Below, in pieces: positions 59,943 through 64,000 of a DNA stretch of 64,000 nt. Below the pieces are notes generated by a model. The model ran no database searches. It had not been told where the DNA came from and worked only from the letters and a program-made list of their open reading frames with translations. The DNA lies in the NCBI GenBank assembly GCA_010093605.1, contig MU004184.1, positions 1,250,801-1,314,800 of the forward strand. The letters run 5' to 3'. This DNA comes from Lophium mytilinum. Lineage: Eukaryota. The position numbers and the translations under genes are program-made. How positions within the stretch are numbered: position 1 is the stretch's first letter; the number at the start of each line of letters is the position of its first letter.

Positions 59943-60562
59943 GGTGGTTGTTTGGGAGCTTTTGTGAGAAGAAGTGGCGGAAGCGTGGTTGTTTTGACGG
60001 GTCTTGGGAGAAAGAGGAGCGAAATCGGGCAGAGACTGTGCAGAAAAAACGGAAGATTGCGCGGAAGAGGGTGTCTGTGGTGGTCTGTGGGCTTTGGCTG
60101 CTGAGGAACGAAGAGCGGGGGCGAGGGGGCGAGGGGGCTTTATAGAAGATTTTGCAGCAGTTTCCCCAACGATTGCGTGATCCACTCCTGAAACTGTTGG
60201 TATCAGTGGCAGTAATGGTGGCCCCTGAGTGGCTACGATACATAGGCAGCGTGGGAACATGGGGAGAAACCGGGGGTGCTAGCCTAATAGGGGTAAACTG
60301 CAAGACATATCGCCCCACCAGTTCGCAGTCTGCAGGTACGGGAACTGGCAGTGACGGCCAGCGACGGTCAGTTGGGTCCGGGGTAGCTCGATAGGGTGAC
60401 CATGTCCGCAGGGAGCAAGTGCCTAGTCCTTCAATTGAAGGGCCATCAGCTTGTCTTGTCTTGAGATGAGCGTAACTGGGATCGCCAGGTACGTGGCCCT
60501 GATTCACCGGCCACCCCCTCAGCTGCTGGTGTTGAGCCCATTCACTCATCGAGGAGGCAGAT

Positions 60563-62253
60563 ATGCCAGCCATGGCGCAGGAAGCGCGATGCCCTTCCTC
60601 TCCAGATCTACGTCCGCCTCTTGCGATCGCCCTCCACACTCCAAACACCACCCATCTCACCAACGGCATCATGCACCTTTTCAAAGCGGCGAAGGTCTTC
60701 GACGGCGCTGAGACGCTCGTGGAGGAGGGCAGCGTGCTCCGGGCTTGCGGCTCTGATGCCACGCTTGTTGAGAAGGCTCGCCGGGTTCCGTGCCTGGCGC
60801 CAGGGCATGCGGAGAAGGGCGGCAGCTCGCTGAAGCTCGAAACGTTCGACGTTGAGGCTTCCTCACCGTCAACCCAAGCTGGCATCCATGCCGTCGTTGA
60901 GAGGCTTCAGGGGCAGCTCGATGCATGGAAGAAGGACCCAAATCGAAAGGCTACACAGGTCAGTTTAGAACCTTGAGCAGTATTGATCCAACAGCGAGTA
61001 CTAACCTTCACTAGGCTATATCCAAGGCCCAGAAGAAGCCTCGCGCTGCTCAGGTGCCTGTCCAGGAATTCGGCCACCTCGAACCCATAGTGGACACTGC
61101 GCACCATCAAATCCTCCCATTCACACCCCCTACCCATAAGCATGCCTGGAAGGACATCGACCGCCTCGCTTCAGGGGATAACGCAGAGCGTGAAAGCAAG
61201 GACGTAACCCAGAAGAGGAAGATTGCCCAGGACGAGGACAAATGCTGTGGGGCCGCGGAATACCAGACAGAGCGTGACGCCAAAGACACGACTCAGAAGG
61301 ATAGGGCCGCAGGGAAAAGCGTCAGCCGCCTCGAAGCCGCAAAAGACGAAGCAGAGCATGACGTTGAAGACACGACTCAGAACAAGAAGAGCATCAAGAA
61401 TAACGCCTACCGTCTGGAAGTCGCAGCAGATCAAGCAGAGCATAGCGCCAAAGCCCCTGCGCCTACCTTGAATGCACCACTGGACCCTTCGACTCGTGAT
61501 CCTGATCCTGACCCAAGGCGTGGTGTCTCCTTAGGTCCTTCCATCACTGCTCCAAAGCCTGCCCAAAGGAGCCAGAGTCATAAAGGCGGCCATGGAGAGC
61601 AGAAGCTCAGCCTCCTCAGTGTGGCACTTCAGTCAAGCGGAGGTCGTATGAAAGATGCAGCACAGAGACCACGAGCAGCTCCAGCGGCAGCTCCAGAGCT
61701 CCAGGCAAACGCAGCACCGAATCCTTGCCCTGAGGCGCGAGCGCTCGAACCGACCTGCCACCCTGACACAGCGCGATCCAAGCTCAAGATTCCCCACATC
61801 GAGTACCAGTACGACGAGGAAGGTATGGTGGTAGGCTCGGAGCTTCTGGACAAAGTTGTCGAGGTATACATGCGCTTAAAGCCGGATTGGGGCATTGAAG
61901 ACACGCCGCCGCCGCACTCATGGAAGCAGATGGTCTCCAAGCTCTTCGTGCCTACTCGTAAGTTAGCTTACGCACCCCTGCTAGACATGCTCTGATACTG
62001 ACTCTTGGCAGGAATCTGGGAGGCCGAGGCGGCGGAGCGCCAGAGGATGTGGAAACTCCAGTGGCAAACCCAAATCGTGATGATGGATCAATCGAACCGC
62101 AACGTCCTTGCTTTCGAGGCCTGTAAGGAAATATACAAGGACAATGTGAGGGAGGAAGAAGAGCTTTGTCAATACAAAGCGGAGCACGAAGCCAGACTCC
62201 GACACATCATATTCGTCGAGGCTCCGAAGTTCTGGGAGCAGCTTGGGCTTTGA
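60563..62253 (+). CDS. Hypothetical protein with internal 28-aa repeats (introns about 60959-61014 and 61958-62011)
   Basis: Three ORFs can be joined by canonical GTCAGT-CTAAC-TAG and GTAAGT-CTGAC-CAG introns. 84-bp repeat units start near 61183, 61267, 61351 and 61435. Confidence 0.55.
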
Positions 62254-64000
62254 GCTCTCCGGCTATATCTTACCCCTATACCACGTCAGCGCCATTCGGC
62301 TGTACAAGGTGTCCCTCAGCAACCGTCAACCGAGTGTATGCGACGACGCTTCGGCCATGGTACCAACTGGCATCTGGCGGCTCTATCAAAGACACCATGA
62401 GGGACTCACAAGTGGTTTGAGTTTCATCCTCGAACTTTAGGTCACCACTGTCCGCTTTCACCCTACTCTAACTTCCACTTTCACCACTACCCACTTCATA
62501 CACCTACCACCTCCCATACACGCTCATCACACACACACTACTAACCTTTTACATAACATCCACCTTCTTACACAAGCCCCTAGGCACGGCAGCTATTCCA
62601 GTGCATAGACATCCCCAGGGTAGCGTAATATGGCAACTTGAAGGATAGCACAAATTCGATATAACAATGGGTAGACGCATCCTCGGGGGCCATGTTGGAC
62701 ATACATTCGAGCATCTTGCAAACATGTCGAGTACCAAGGAGAGCTGTCTGATTTTTTTCCAATTAGGGGCGTTCTGGGCCGTTCTTGGGCGTTCATAATT
62801 GGCCATGACCTTCAATGAAGCTCCTTTAGAGGAAGTGCCTGCCTTTGCCTTGCAACATGTCACATTGGCGTTCGAGTTTGGGTGTTTTAATTTGGCGTTT
62901 AGTTGTCAATGGCGGTTACTGGAGCTCCTTGGAGAGAAACCTGCCTTGTACTTAAATAATTGCCCTTTTCCCACTTTTCAAGCAGTTGGACGTAATGGGC
63001 GGCAGTGGTAGATACGCTGAGGTTGTTCACTCGTTAATGAGGTAGTTGCCTGTTGTTGATTTCAGGGCGTTTGGGCACTGCTTGTTCCTGAATGAGCCCC
63101 TTAGGATGGATGGCAAGACCACATCATCTAGGGGCGAACATGGATAATTGGCTAGATACTTTCCGAATACAACCCCGTGTTTTGATTTTATTCTGGTATC
63201 TTGCTCGTCCAAGCCATGAAAGTGACCCCGTGGACGGGAATCTCCCCCTTTTCGTTGGTCTCGACGTCGTCCCCGTTGACGATCTCGGTAAAGGTCCGCT
63301 TCGTGTTCTGCACAACACCGTCGTCAGCACAACTTTGAGCAACGCATTAAACAACAACAACGGCTATCGAAGACGATACGTCGGCGCCATGACCTGGCGT
63401 CAAATAAATTCACTGATACTCCAGGTCCTTTCCGGAATGCGTGCAGCCATTTTCCCTCGGCGAGTACCAGGGCGAGGTTTTATGCAGCCAGGAAACCGCG
63501 TCAACGAACAACGCATCGAGCAGCGACCTCAGCGACGTCCTTATGGCATACACCGCCTCTCCGATGGTTTCCGTGCCACGGTAGAGAATGGCATGCGGTA
63601 GAGACCGACTGCTATGCGTGCTTGGCTACGCTGGCATCGGCCAAAGAGGGCTCTCCACCAGTACAGCGCCCTCGACGACACAACACCAGCAACTCCAGTC
63701 CGTGGGACTTTGTGAACACCAGTACCTCTACGAGCTCAGCAGCATTGTGAGATACTGGGATAGGCCATATGCCTCTATGCCTCAGCGTTGCTGAGGTCGG
63801 CAATCCACGCCCTGCTCCCGAACTTCTCCGCTAGCTCATCCTACATCCCACCCCGACAGCTACAGCAACGTGCATTGCAGTGCATTTAGGGCCGTCTGCT
63901 AGGTTGAATCAAACTAACAAAACTCCATTAACCATGAGCAGATAGGTCCCCTCCTCATAGCATTGGCCAGGCAGCGTCCAGACGAGATGCGGTCGGCGGC

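Noticed and set aside
59548..60885. 445-aa minus-strand ORF
   Set aside because: Overlaps two better-supported models in GC-rich DNA; low-complexity translation with no domain.
63092..63601. 169-aa plus-strand ORF
   Set aside because: No recognisable domain or splice support; may be real but cannot be supported from sequence alone.

Overview
Intron-containing filamentous ascomycete (Pezizomycotina) genomic DNA. Conserved housekeeping genes found: the 3' end of NAC-beta, WASP/Las17, Cdc6, an Eis1-like eisosome protein, a Tyr/Ser phosphatase, eIF3j, a C2H2 transcription factor, phosphomannomutase, an amino-acid permease, a Rad60/Esc2 SUMO-like protein, Lsm6, an Ina17-like protein, RAMP4, AP-3 delta and EMC2. 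Accessory segments lie between them. The two most notable observations: (1) a tandem array of five co-oriented, intronless, strongly diverged paralogs at 27.9-34.5 kb, each with PY (L/PPxY) motifs followed by a multi-Cys zinc-ribbon region; one copy is frameshifted and another has a C-terminus rewritten by a 44-bp duplication; (2) a co-oriented nucleoside 2-deoxyribosyltransferase-like gene and SLATT-like 2TM gene at 41.4-44.3 kb, an arrangement resembling prokaryotic nucleotide-signalling conflict modules. Also present: a stand-alone RapZ C-terminal-like gene, an ML-domain-like pseudogene, a PLAC8-like remnant with a 123-bp duplication, several decayed tandem repeats and a strongly self-complementary 140-nt element. 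No tRNA, rRNA, CRISPR array or transposase was recognised. All family calls are by eye from motifs, with no database search.
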